From the IMG/VR virus record IMGVR_UViG_3300014205_000186, positions 64,001 to 106,914 of that record: DNA of 42,914 bases; one strand, written 5' to 3'. The notes beneath the pieces were generated by a model. The model was not told the DNA's origin and did no database searches. It was given only the letters and a program-made list of their open reading frames with translations. Positions within the stretch are counted from its first letter, which is position 1, and each line of letters starts with the position of its first letter. Positions 35,547 to 42,914 of the stretch are shown piece after piece. Source of the DNA: a virus. Taxonomy: Duplodnaviria; Heunggongvirae; Uroviricota; Caudoviricetes. The position numbers and the translations under genes were made by a program.

Positions 35547-36489
35547 CTATAAAATTGTGATGATCTACTTTTCCTTTTTCATAGATCTGTTTAAGTCTTT
35601 GTTCTTGCACTCTTAAAGCTGTTTTACTATTCATTTTTTGAATTCTATCAGCTTGTTCTTTTGTTTCGGCTACTATGAAAACCTCTTGACAATTATTTAT
35701 TTTACTGTTTACATTTAGTTTAGAGGTATTTTCAACAGCTTTTTTCAATGATGCTTCTTTTTGTAAAATTAACCAGCCATCAATAGCATCGTTATCTAAA
35801 ATTAGGTCTTCTATTGGGGCATCGTGAGATTCTCTAATATTATCATATATTTTAGACCACATTAATAAAAGCTGTTGTTCTAATGACGGAACCCCTTTAA
35901 ATATATTATAACCCTTTAAAGTATACCAAGTATTAGACCATGATGATTTCTTAGCTAATTCTCTTATATCGGTATTAGAAATATTAATATTGTTTAGTTC
36001 GGATATAATCTGTAAAGGACTATAATTTTTAAACTTATACTTTTTCTTTCCTTGATAGGTAGTATGAGAAATTAAGTAAACAGATCTAGCATATCCCGCA
36101 ACACTTTCTAAGGAATATCCTTCATATTTTGCAAGATGGTTTAAAACCTGATTTTGTTTCTCTCTAGCTTGTCTTATTAAAGATCTTACTGGATCAGCAT
36201 CAATAGTATTAAATCTAGCACAAAGTTCTTTTTGAAGATTTTCTATTAATTTTTGAAAGTCTTTTAAGAACCCGATATCTTTAATCAATACTTCTCCGTT
36301 ATTCATTAAAAAACTTCTTATTTCTTCCTGAGTTAATACTTTTTTCTTTTCAAGATATTCACAGTATATTTCTTCAGCCTCATATAACAAATTAAGGCTA
36401 GGTGTGTGAACATCTAGCCCAAGTTTGCTTAAAATAGTCTTTCCAGAAAGTATTCTATAAAGTATCTTTTCCTTTTCGTGATCCTTCAT
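35482..36489 (-). CDS. putative tail assembly chaperone
   Basis: Helical protein between tail tube and tape measure; LLLMWSKIYD...DAIDGWL. Confidence 0.5.
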   Translation of the reverse strand: MKDHEKEKILYRILSGKTILSKLGLDVHTPSLNLLYEAEEIYCEYLEKKKVLTQEEIRSFLMNNGEVLIKDIGFLKDFQKLIENLQKELCARFNTIDADPVRSLIRQAREKQNQVLNHLAKYEGYSLESVAGYARSVYLISHTTYQGKKKYKFKNYSPLQIISELNNINISNTDIRELAKKSSWSNTWYTLKGYNIFKGVPSLEQQLLLMWSKIYDNIRESHDAPIEDLILDNDAIDGWLILQKEASLKKAVENTSKLNVNSKINNCQEVFIVAETKEQADRIQKMNSKTALRVQEQRLKQIYEKGKVDHHNFIDVRMDVQEQFHKMQMEHIRGK

Positions 36490-36497
36490 ATTTTAAA

Positions 36498-37361
36498 CTA
36501 GATGAAATGTTTTCTTTTTAGGTAAAAATCTCGGTTTTGGGTCATAAAGGAGTCTAGTTCTTTACAAATAGACTTTGTTCTAATTAATAGTTTATACCAA
36601 CCACGATCAGCTTGAACTTTACCTATATCATTACAAATCTTAGAGTTAACATCTTGTAAAAATTTTTCATTTACACAAGTAAATTCAAAATAATAACCGT
36701 TTTTAGTACATCGTCTTAAATATCCGTCTCCGTCGTGGTATCCGCAAAGAAAATCGTATTTAAATTCATTTGGAATATCAGGAAGAACTTCATAACCAGT
36801 TTTAGGAGATTCTAAACCAAGATCATATAAGGATAACACTATTTCTTTTGAAGCTATACATAAAACAGATTTATTATAATATTTATCAGTTCTTTTATCA
36901 TATCTTTGACTAGATCTAACTTCAGAATATGGCGAAATATTATCCCGAATATATTCTAATATAGAAACATCTTTAGTATTTATATTATAAACTAAAGACA
37001 TTCCTCTTTTACTATTTAGACTAGATATATAACCATCGGCAATAGTAAAACCTAAAATATAAGCCATATTACTAGACCAGCTTTTAAAGAAATCTACATT
37101 CTTTTCCAGAGGAGTAAAAGATTTTATATTAAGCGTTTTAGCAGCAGCCCACACACATGTTCTATCACAACCAAAATGAGAAGCTATTTCATCAACAGAT
37201 AGCTTCCCATAGTTTTCTCTCATATAATTTCTTTTATATTCACGTCTATCTAAACCCATTTTTCGCATTAATCTTTGAACTCTTGTAGTTGTCACCCCAA
37301 GTTCTTCTGCTATTAAATAGGCTGGTTTTTGAATATAATTTTGAGTTATATAGTCTTGCAT
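36498..37361 (-). CDS. free-standing double-motif LAGLIDADG homing endonuclease with N-terminal HTH repeats
   Basis: YILGFTIADGYI and FLCGYHDGDGYL; two HTH-like segments at the N-terminus. Confidence 0.88.
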   Translation of the reverse strand: MQDYITQNYIQKPAYLIAEELGVTTTRVQRLMRKMGLDRREYKRNYMRENYGKLSVDEIASHFGCDRTCVWAAAKTLNIKSFTPLEKNVDFFKSWSSNMAYILGFTIADGYISSLNSKRGMSLVYNINTKDVSILEYIRDNISPYSEVRSSQRYDKRTDKYYNKSVLCIASKEIVLSLYDLGLESPKTGYEVLPDIPNEFKYDFLCGYHDGDGYLRRCTKNGYYFEFTCVNEKFLQDVNSKICNDIGKVQADRGWYKLLIRTKSICKELDSFMTQNRDFYLKRKHFI

Positions 37362-37368
37362 ACTAATA

Positions 37369-38400
37369 TTATAGTCCGGCCGGGTCGGCGTCCGACAGAA
37401 TCACAAGGTCATTAAAATTACTAAACGAATAGGAATCCGTAACATTCGATCCATCCGTTGAAACATTGGATGAGACACTAGATAATTTATTTTTTGTTCC
37501 AAGATCCCAAGAATCTCCCCATACAGATCTAAGAACAATTTCTTGATTACTTAAGTTGTTACCATCACCGAAAAGCCCAGCTTCAGTACCACCAGCAAAG
37601 TCACCATCTACAGAAAGCACTTCAATATCACAGGTTACTTCAACAGGGAAAGAAGCATATCTGAAGAATGGGTTTCTACGACCTAATTCAACGAGTTGTT
37701 CTCTACCAAGATCTGTTGAAATTGATACGTTTTGAATTCTAGCAGAATAAGATGTTCCGTCAGCTCTTTCTTGATTATAACCGTTAGCATCTATTCCAGG
37801 AATACCGTTAATACCTTTAGGCCAAAGTGAAGATATACCACTAGTATTTCCCATTCTTACGTGCTGTCTACGCATGATACCAGAAGCAGGAGTATCGGTA
37901 TTAGTGAAACCACCAGTAAATGTAAATGATCCAGAAGTCCAAACTTTATTGTTTCCAACAAGAGTAATAGATTCTGTAGCATTATCTTCTGCTGGAAAAC
38001 TGTAAGACATAGAGCTTACATATAATCCAGAAGCAGTCATTTGAGCATTTGGAGTACCGCTTGCAGAGTTTTGTGTATCTCCGAAAGTAGAAAGAGCCAT
38101 AATGCAACGCTCTGTAGATCTACCAACTAATGAAGGTGAAGTAGCATCAGGAGTTGCTAAGTGATATATGAAAGGATAACCATCAATGAGTTTTTCAATA
38201 GTAAACTCAACATCTGGGGTGTCTTCTACGTTATCATAAATTGAAATTTGCCCAAGTTCAAATACTTCAGTAAGGTTGAAGGTAATATTAGAACCTAGTG
38301 ATTGAACACCATGAGCAGGAACGAAAGTTGAACTACCGTCTGGAGCAAAGCCAATAGCTTCAATTGCCCAGAACAGTCTTTTATTTTGATTTAAAGCCAT
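37369..38400 (-). CDS. major tail tube protein
   Basis: GVQSLG...EVFELGQ and RIQNVSI...LVELGRR...PVEVTCDIEV tube-like motifs; low-GC3 codons; upstream motif; position. Confidence 0.8.
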   Translation of the reverse strand: MALNQNKRLFWAIEAIGFAPDGSSTFVPAHGVQSLGSNITFNLTEVFELGQISIYDNVEDTPDVEFTIEKLIDGYPFIYHLATPDATSPSLVGRSTERCIMALSTFGDTQNSASGTPNAQMTASGLYVSSMSYSFPAEDNATESITLVGNNKVWTSGSFTFTGGFTNTDTPASGIMRRQHVRMGNTSGISSLWPKGINGIPGIDANGYNQERADGTSYSARIQNVSISTDLGREQLVELGRRNPFFRYASFPVEVTCDIEVLSVDGDFAGGTEAGLFGDGNNLSNQEIVLRSVWGDSWDLGTKNKLSSVSSNVSTDGSNVTDSYSFSNFNDLVILSDADPAGL

Positions 38401-38421
38401 TTTTTATCTCCGAAAAAGTAA

Positions 38422-38442
38422 GTATCTATATATAAATACTCT
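38422..38442 (-). promoter_or_regulatory. conserved 21-bp upstream motif, putative late promoter (copy 3)
   Basis: Minus strand AGAGTATTTATATATAGATAC, 21 nt before the tube ATG. Confidence 0.75.
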
Positions 38443-38453
38443 ATTTTTAAATA

Positions 38454-39269
38454 CTAATAAACACCCATAGATAGCTCTGCCTCGGTTTCAAACCTTACGG
38501 TTCCATGATAAAGACTATTATCTAATTTAGAAACAGATTCTATTTCAGTATTATTAATATAACATGAATAATTTCTAGCTTCTGTATAAGGATGTGTATT
38601 GATTAAATTGTTATAAGTTCCGGAACGATTTGTTAGAGTTCCGTTAAAATTAAGGGGAAAATCACCACTATTATATGCCCTAAAAAAATCAAAAAGAGCA
38701 ATATGAGAATCTACTTGATTATATAGTATATCAGATATTTTCTCGACTACTTCTGGATTTTTATGAAAAATATTGAAAATAATATCTTGTCTAACATCCC
38801 TTTCATATGTTCCAATAGCATGTGGATAAGAATTAGAGCTTCCCAATTCAAGTGCTATACAAGGTAATTGAACAGCATGTTCTCTAAAAGATCCTTGATG
38901 AACTTCTAAAAGACCGGCATCACCACGAAAAAATGGATTATCTTTACCATCAAAAACAAATATATTTTTCAAGGAATAAGAAGCATATACTCCAGATTGT
39001 ACAGTATTAAAATAAACTAAACCATCTCTGTAATTAATAGTATAACCACTTTGAGAAATACTTATATTATCTTGTTCCCAAACCCAGTTCTTTTTAGTAG
39101 CTCCCCAAACCATACCACCAGAATATCCCGGCATACTTACTATAGAAAGATTTCCAGAAGTATTTGTATAAGCTCCGAAAGAATAAAAAGCATAATCTAA
39201 CCACGAAACAATACTTTGTGATAGTACTTTAGAATAATTTGGTTTATTGAGATCAAAAGATTTTAACAT
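38454..39269 (-). CDS. putative tail terminator/completion protein
   Basis: QLPCIALE...DIIFNIF...HGTVRFETE pattern; directly upstream of the tube gene. Confidence 0.6.
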   Translation of the reverse strand: MLKSFDLNKPNYSKVLSQSIVSWLDYAFYSFGAYTNTSGNLSIVSMPGYSGGMVWGATKKNWVWEQDNISISQSGYTINYRDGLVYFNTVQSGVYASYSLKNIFVFDGKDNPFFRGDAGLLEVHQGSFREHAVQLPCIALELGSSNSYPHAIGTYERDVRQDIIFNIFHKNPEVVEKISDILYNQVDSHIALFDFFRAYNSGDFPLNFNGTLTNRSGTYNNLINTHPYTEARNYSCYINNTEIESVSKLDNSLYHGTVRFETEAELSMGVY

Positions 39270-39970
39270 TACTTTAGATGTTTCTCTATAATACGACCAT
39301 ATTCACTGATTAGAAAATTTCTATTGTCATTTAAGGCTCTAATAATCCAGTGAGAATTTTTGGTTCCAGAAAACTCAGCAGGAACTTTCCAGCTACTATC
39401 TGATTTTATCATTAAACCTTTTCCCGATCTACTATTAGGGGCTACAATATCTTGATACTCATATCCGTAAATAATATACTTGTTGCCCTCGTATAAGAGC
39501 CATCTAAGCCACGGAAGCTCTTTACCTACTTCTACTGCCCCAAACGCTGCGAAGTCGTTAGAGATGTCATTAGACGCCTTCTTGCCCGTTTTTACGTTAG
39601 CCTCTGGAGAATCAAAGATTCCTGGACTAATATTCTTAGAAAACACATTAATGTCCAACAGAATATATTTACCTTCTTGTTTTCGTGTTTTTAGTTTGGG
39701 TATTACTGAAATTGATTTTCCAAATTCCGTTAAGATATAATCTACTCTTTGTTGTGCGGTTCCTTCTGGAATACCAAATTCGTGAGTTAATTTACCAGAG
39801 ATTAAAGAATGATACGTTGGGGTTTTCTTCCAGATATCTAAATTTTCCTTAATAATGTCTTGCTTTATAAGATCTGAAACGGCTCTAAGTCTCAAATAAA
39901 GTTCTCGCAAAAGATGTTTTCGTATCTTTTCAGCAATTTTTTTTGAACTTTCTTTGAAAATTATTGGCAT
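39269..39970 (-). CDS. putative neck/tail-completion protein
   Basis: Basic protein in the connector block; LPWLRWLLYEG...HWIIRAL. Confidence 0.5.
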   Translation of the reverse strand: MPIIFKESSKKIAEKIRKHLLRELYLRLRAVSDLIKQDIIKENLDIWKKTPTYHSLISGKLTHEFGIPEGTAQQRVDYILTEFGKSISVIPKLKTRKQEGKYILLDINVFSKNISPGIFDSPEANVKTGKKASNDISNDFAAFGAVEVGKELPWLRWLLYEGNKYIIYGYEYQDIVAPNSRSGKGLMIKSDSSWKVPAEFSGTKNSHWIIRALNDNRNFLISEYGRIIEKHLK

Positions 39971-39993
39971 TTTGACTATATTTAAGTAAAAAG

Positions 39994-40386
39994 TTAAATT
40001 ACATCAAGGAAAGCTATAAAGTATCTACTTCCAAAACCGTGTGGCATAGGATTAGCAGCTAGCTTATAAGTTCTTCCGCTATACCTAATTTCAGTAGCTC
40101 TTAAAAGTTTTTCTGAATCAGACATATAGCCTAATATCTGTACTCTTCCATCAATAAACTGAATAGTTCCAGACTTTAACCAATCTCTAGGAGAGTGATA
40201 TAATCTTAAGTTAATAGTTTCAGTTGTTTCTTCTGTATCATCTAACATCTCTTCGTAGTTTATAATATTAATATCCTTTTTAGTCTTATAAACGATTGTT
40301 ACTGTTCTACCTATATTAGGTTCTTCTAGGAAAAAGTCAACAGCTTCAAAATAAGGATCAAAAAATCCAGAAGGAAGTGATATCAT
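39994..40386 (-). CDS. putative head-closure (stopper) protein
   Basis: Size, beta-rich pattern, GRTYKL..NPMPHGFG; position. Confidence 0.6.
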   Translation of the reverse strand: MISLPSGFFDPYFEAVDFFLEEPNIGRTVTIVYKTKKDINIINYEEMLDDTEETTETINLRLYHSPRDWLKSGTIQFIDGRVQILGYMSDSEKLLRATEIRYSGRTYKLAANPMPHGFGSRYFIAFLDVI

Positions 40387-40823
40387 TATGAAAAGTTATT
40401 TCCAGATATATATTGAACAGTAGTTGGAGTTATTATAGCAAACCCTTCTTGATTTGATAAATAGTCTCTCTTGATATTACTGTAATCATTAATTAAAGAG
40501 TCTAATAAAGCTCTTAAATCTTTTGATCTTCCAGAAATATCTATACTACTAGGCCCATCTACTATCTTAATAGATTGATAAGAATAAGATCTAATTTCTG
40601 TTTGTAATAATAATATTCCAGCCTTATAAGCAACTAATAATATAAAACCATTATCTATAGGGTCTGGAGTTATAGTACCACTAGTGATACTAATTACATA
40701 ATCTATATCAAATGTATATTCTCTTTTAACTATAATAGCAGCAGTAATTATAAGCTTGGTTAATACAGCATCAGATTCTATACTATTAGTTAAAGCTCTT
40801 AATATTATTAGGATTTCGTCCAT
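40386..40823 (-). CDS. putative head-tail adaptor
   Basis: Helical N-terminus, IKIVDGPSSIDIS hairpin, position upstream of the stopper. Confidence 0.6.
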   Translation of the reverse strand: MDEILIILRALTNSIESDAVLTKLIITAAIIVKREYTFDIDYVISITSGTITPDPIDNGFILLVAYKAGILLLQTEIRSYSYQSIKIVDGPSSIDISGRSKDLRALLDSLINDYSNIKRDYLSNQEGFAIITPTTVQYISGNNFS

Positions 40824-41017
40824 TATTTAGATTCGGCTATTCTTAATGTTTCTAGAGCTACTCTAGCAATTTGTTGTAAAGATCCTTGCTTCTGTAATAA
40901 TTGTCCAATAATAGAATAAGCTCCACCTTCAGCTAATCCAATTAATGTTTGATGATCTTCTTTGGTTAAACTAATAGTAACAAGATCTTCTTTATTTTCT
41001 ACAACTTCTTCATTCAT
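40823..41017 (-). CDS. hypothetical protein (64 aa)
   Basis: AAAGGA RBS before the ATG at 41017, preferred over the TTG at 41050. Confidence 0.55.
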   Translation of the reverse strand: MNEEVVENKEDLVTISLTKEDHQTLIGLAEGGAYSIIGQLLQKQGSLQQIARVALETLRIAESK

Positions 41018-41055
41018 AATATTTCCTTTAAAAAAATTAATAAAACTCAATTATA

Positions 41056-41607
41056 TTATATAGATTGTTGTAAATCTAAATAATCATCCTTTGTAATTAC
41101 TATTAAACCAGTTTGAAGTTTTGAAACCCAATCGCTAGCATATAATTTAGCTCCAGATTCACCAACGCAATTTGATCTATACCATTTAGAACCAATTTGA
41201 ACTGGTTTATGAGATTCTCCAAAGGTTCCCCAAGTTTCCCAAGTTTCTTCTTCTGAGAATGAACTTAATGATTCTATATTGTCTATTTCAAACCATACTG
41301 GTAAACCTTCTACGTCTCCACTAAAAGCTACTAATAAACTTGCATAGTCTATTGTTAAGAAAGATTGATTTTCAATAGGTCCACATAATGCTAATTCTGA
41401 ACCTCTTCCTCTTGTAAATGGTGCTCCACCCATATCTAAATCGTTTAAAAGTAATATGTATGGATTTTGATTTCCAGCAACGAAATTTGTACCAGGTAAA
41501 CCAAAAGCAGTATGTACAGCGTTAACAGTTTGAGCTGCTAGTTCACTTAATACTGATAAGGTTAAAAAGCTAGGAATCCAAATATAACATTGTCCATCGT
41601 TTTTCAT
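41056..41607 (-). CDS. hypothetical protein
   Basis: Intact 183-aa ORF with operon-type spacing. Confidence 0.6.
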   Translation of the reverse strand: MKNDGQCYIWIPSFLTLSVLSELAAQTVNAVHTAFGLPGTNFVAGNQNPYILLLNDLDMGGAPFTRGRGSELALCGPIENQSFLTIDYASLLVAFSGDVEGLPVWFEIDNIESLSSFSEEETWETWGTFGESHKPVQIGSKWYRSNCVGESGAKLYASDWVSKLQTGLIVITKDDYLDLQQSI

Positions 41608-41619
41608 AATATTATTCCG

Positions 41620-41904
41620 TTATTTTTTATCTTTTTTATCTTTTTTAATCACGTCCGGAATCTGAAATTGAGCAACTAAAGCTTCTTGTTCAGGTTTTGA
41701 AAGAGATCTAAACATTTGTAAAGCTAACGATTCTTTATATTGAATTAGATTTCTATAATGATTATCGCCTATATCTCTAACTACTTGATTAATAAAATCT
41801 TGAACATTTATTTGTTCTTCTTCTGGAAGATTTTCGTTTTGTAGTTGTACTGCGTATTCTAAGCCCCAATTTTGTTCTTCTGAAAGTTGTGTTAAATCTA
41901 CCAT
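41620..41904 (-). CDS. hypothetical protein, possible fibre assembly chaperone
   Basis: Small acidic helical protein downstream of the fibre-like gene; AAAGGT RBS. Confidence 0.55.
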   Translation of the reverse strand: MVDLTQLSEEQNWGLEYAVQLQNENLPEEEQINVQDFINQVVRDIGDNHYRNLIQYKESLALQMFRSLSKPEQEALVAQFQIPDVIKKDKKDKK

Positions 41905-41928
41905 TTTTATACCTTTATGAAATGTTTA

Positions 41929-42054
41929 TTAAACGAGACACAGAACACGATAAGCTGTACAAGAAGCATCGTAAATTGCGACTGCATACTTGATAGCACG
42001 ACGGTCTGGTTCGTTGGGTGTGCCGGTGAATGTGGTTGATGTGGTAATTGCCAT
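41929..42054 (-). pseudogene. 41-aa chimeric relic ORF (start of a foreign gene fused to an old fibre C-terminus)
   Basis: AAGGA RBS, MAITTSTTFTGTPNEPDRRAIKYAVA joined to IYDASCTAYRVLCLV*, which parallels the end of the upstream fibre gene. Confidence 0.6.
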
Positions 42055-42064
42055 GATTGATTCC

Positions 42065-42913
42065 TTAAGCTGCAACGGCAAGCACTTTGTATGCAGTGCC
42101 AGCCGCGTCATAGAGTGTGAGGGTGTGAGTGGCTGTTGGCGTTTCGGCAGCCGCATTTGCGTTGGTTTGGAGCTTGCCTTGATACGTTGCGAAGTCCGAA
42201 TCGTCGGCAAGTCGTGCTTGGAGGATTGTGGTGGATCGTTTGAGGGAGGGGAAGGATGAAGTATCACCACCGATATTTACACGCAAATTAGTTACGGTAG
42301 CACTTGTAATAGTCATTACATTTACGGCACCTGACCCAATCGTAAATCCGTTCGCGACACCTCCTGAAGTACCGAAAGTGTGGGAATACGCTAAAATACT
42401 TGCTTTTTCTGTAGTGTCATAAAACCACTTCAACGCCCCACCATCAAAAAGAAATGAATTTTGCCCAGCTACTGCTGGCCTGATTCTAATCGTACGCTGC
42501 GTTGCCCCTACATGCTCCGTTCCAATCTCCAGCACGTTGCTTACCCACCGCATAAAGCCACGTTCGTAGACGCTGCCAGAGGTGTATGTGTTGTAGATAT
42601 TGAACGCTTGGGCGTTGGTGCCGTTTCGTTGGGCCAGGGTGTTGGCGGCATCACGAAGGAGGATGACATCCATATTGCTATGAGGTGTCGTGCTGGCCGC
42701 CCAGCCGATTGCACGGTCTGATCGCACGAAGAATCCGATATTGTCAAACGAACTATGGTGTACTCCTACAGAGTAAATCCCAAGGTAGGTACCAAAAGGC
42801 GATCCAATTCCGTTTCCAATTCCAGCATTATCCCCAACTTTTACTGCCAAACCATTGATAAAATGCGTGGCGACACCTGTGTAGTCAACTTTAAACTTCG
42901 ATACACCATTCAA
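42065..42913 (-). CDS. tail fibre/appendage-like protein, 5'-truncated by the window
   Basis: Gly/Ala/Thr-rich; RDAANTLAQRNG..AQAFNIYNTY...YERGFMRW; about 45-50% GC versus about 30% elsewhere. Confidence 0.6.
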   Translation of the reverse strand: MNGVSKFKVDYTGVATHFINGLAVKVGDNAGIGNGIGSPFGTYLGIYSVGVHHSSFDNIGFFVRSDRAIGWAASTTPHSNMDVILLRDAANTLAQRNGTNAQAFNIYNTYTSGSVYERGFMRWVSNVLEIGTEHVGATQRTIRIRPAVAGQNSFLFDGGALKWFYDTTEKASILAYSHTFGTSGGVANGFTIGSGAVNVMTITSATVTNLRVNIGGDTSSFPSLKRSTTILQARLADDSDFATYQGKLQTNANAAAETPTATHTLTLYDAAGTAYKVLAVAA

Positions 42914-42914
42914 T

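Noticed and set aside
38422-38442. T4-type late promoter TATAAATA on the plus strand
   Set aside because: It would point away from the adjacent genes, and copy 1 lacks the exact octamer; kept only as a note on the minus-strand motif.
13524-39740. Short plus-strand ORFs within the minus-strand block, plus 13524-13718, 31807-32013
   Set aside because: Nested in long genes with clear motifs; no independent support.
41929-42115. Diversity-generating retroelement TR/VR pair
   Set aside because: The two segments differ at all four bases, mostly at synonymous positions, rather than at adenines; no reverse transcriptase in the window.
41929-42270. 113-aa ORF from the track
   Set aside because: Its first 72 codons overlap the fibre gene in another frame; the RBS supports a start at 42054.
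41990-42747. ORFs 41990-42259, 42228-42422, 42461-42721 and 42541-42747
   Set aside because: Shadow frames of the GC-richer fibre gene, where stops are rarer; no motifs.
1-42914. Stop-codon reassignment, tRNA or rRNA genes
   Set aside because: Long ORFs are intact under code 11, TAA, TAG and TGA all end genes at tight junctions, and intergenic gaps are too short or lack cloverleaf signatures.

Overview
AT-rich (roughly 30% GC by eye) segment of a large tailed phage genome, most likely a long-tailed siphovirus: head-tail connectors, tail tube, chaperones and a 2359-aa tape measure are present and there is no sheath gene between them. Plus-strand block (1-9573): a glycan synthesis/methylation cluster (two glycosyltransferases, three SDR epimerase-like proteins, 3-4 SAM methyltransferases), a free-standing endonuclease, and a putative annealing protein plus SSB. 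Minus-strand block (9585-42914), listed from the low-coordinate end: a run of membrane/exported proteins (PAS-TM protein, BhlA-like holin, exported thioredoxin, exported methyltransferase, PKD-like protein, subtilase, DUF3309, small amphipathic proteins) with no recognisable peptidoglycan hydrolase; a mosaic Hef-like homing endonuclease; an Erv1/Alr sulfhydryl oxidase directly behind a Cys-rich tail-tip gene; the tail module (tape measure with an embedded ATLF-like zinc protease); a LAGLIDADG endonuclease; neck genes; and a higher-GC fibre-like gene at the window edge. Main leads: a phage-encoded disulfide-forming system, a PAS sensor in a putative lysis cassette, possible virion glycosylation, recoded gene 3' ends in front of two homing endonucleases, and a relic of a fibre module swap. 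Family assignments come from motif recognition only; no searches were run, and counts were made by hand. No tRNA, rRNA or CRISPR array seen. The host is not determinable; a Planctomycete-like host is only a weak guess.
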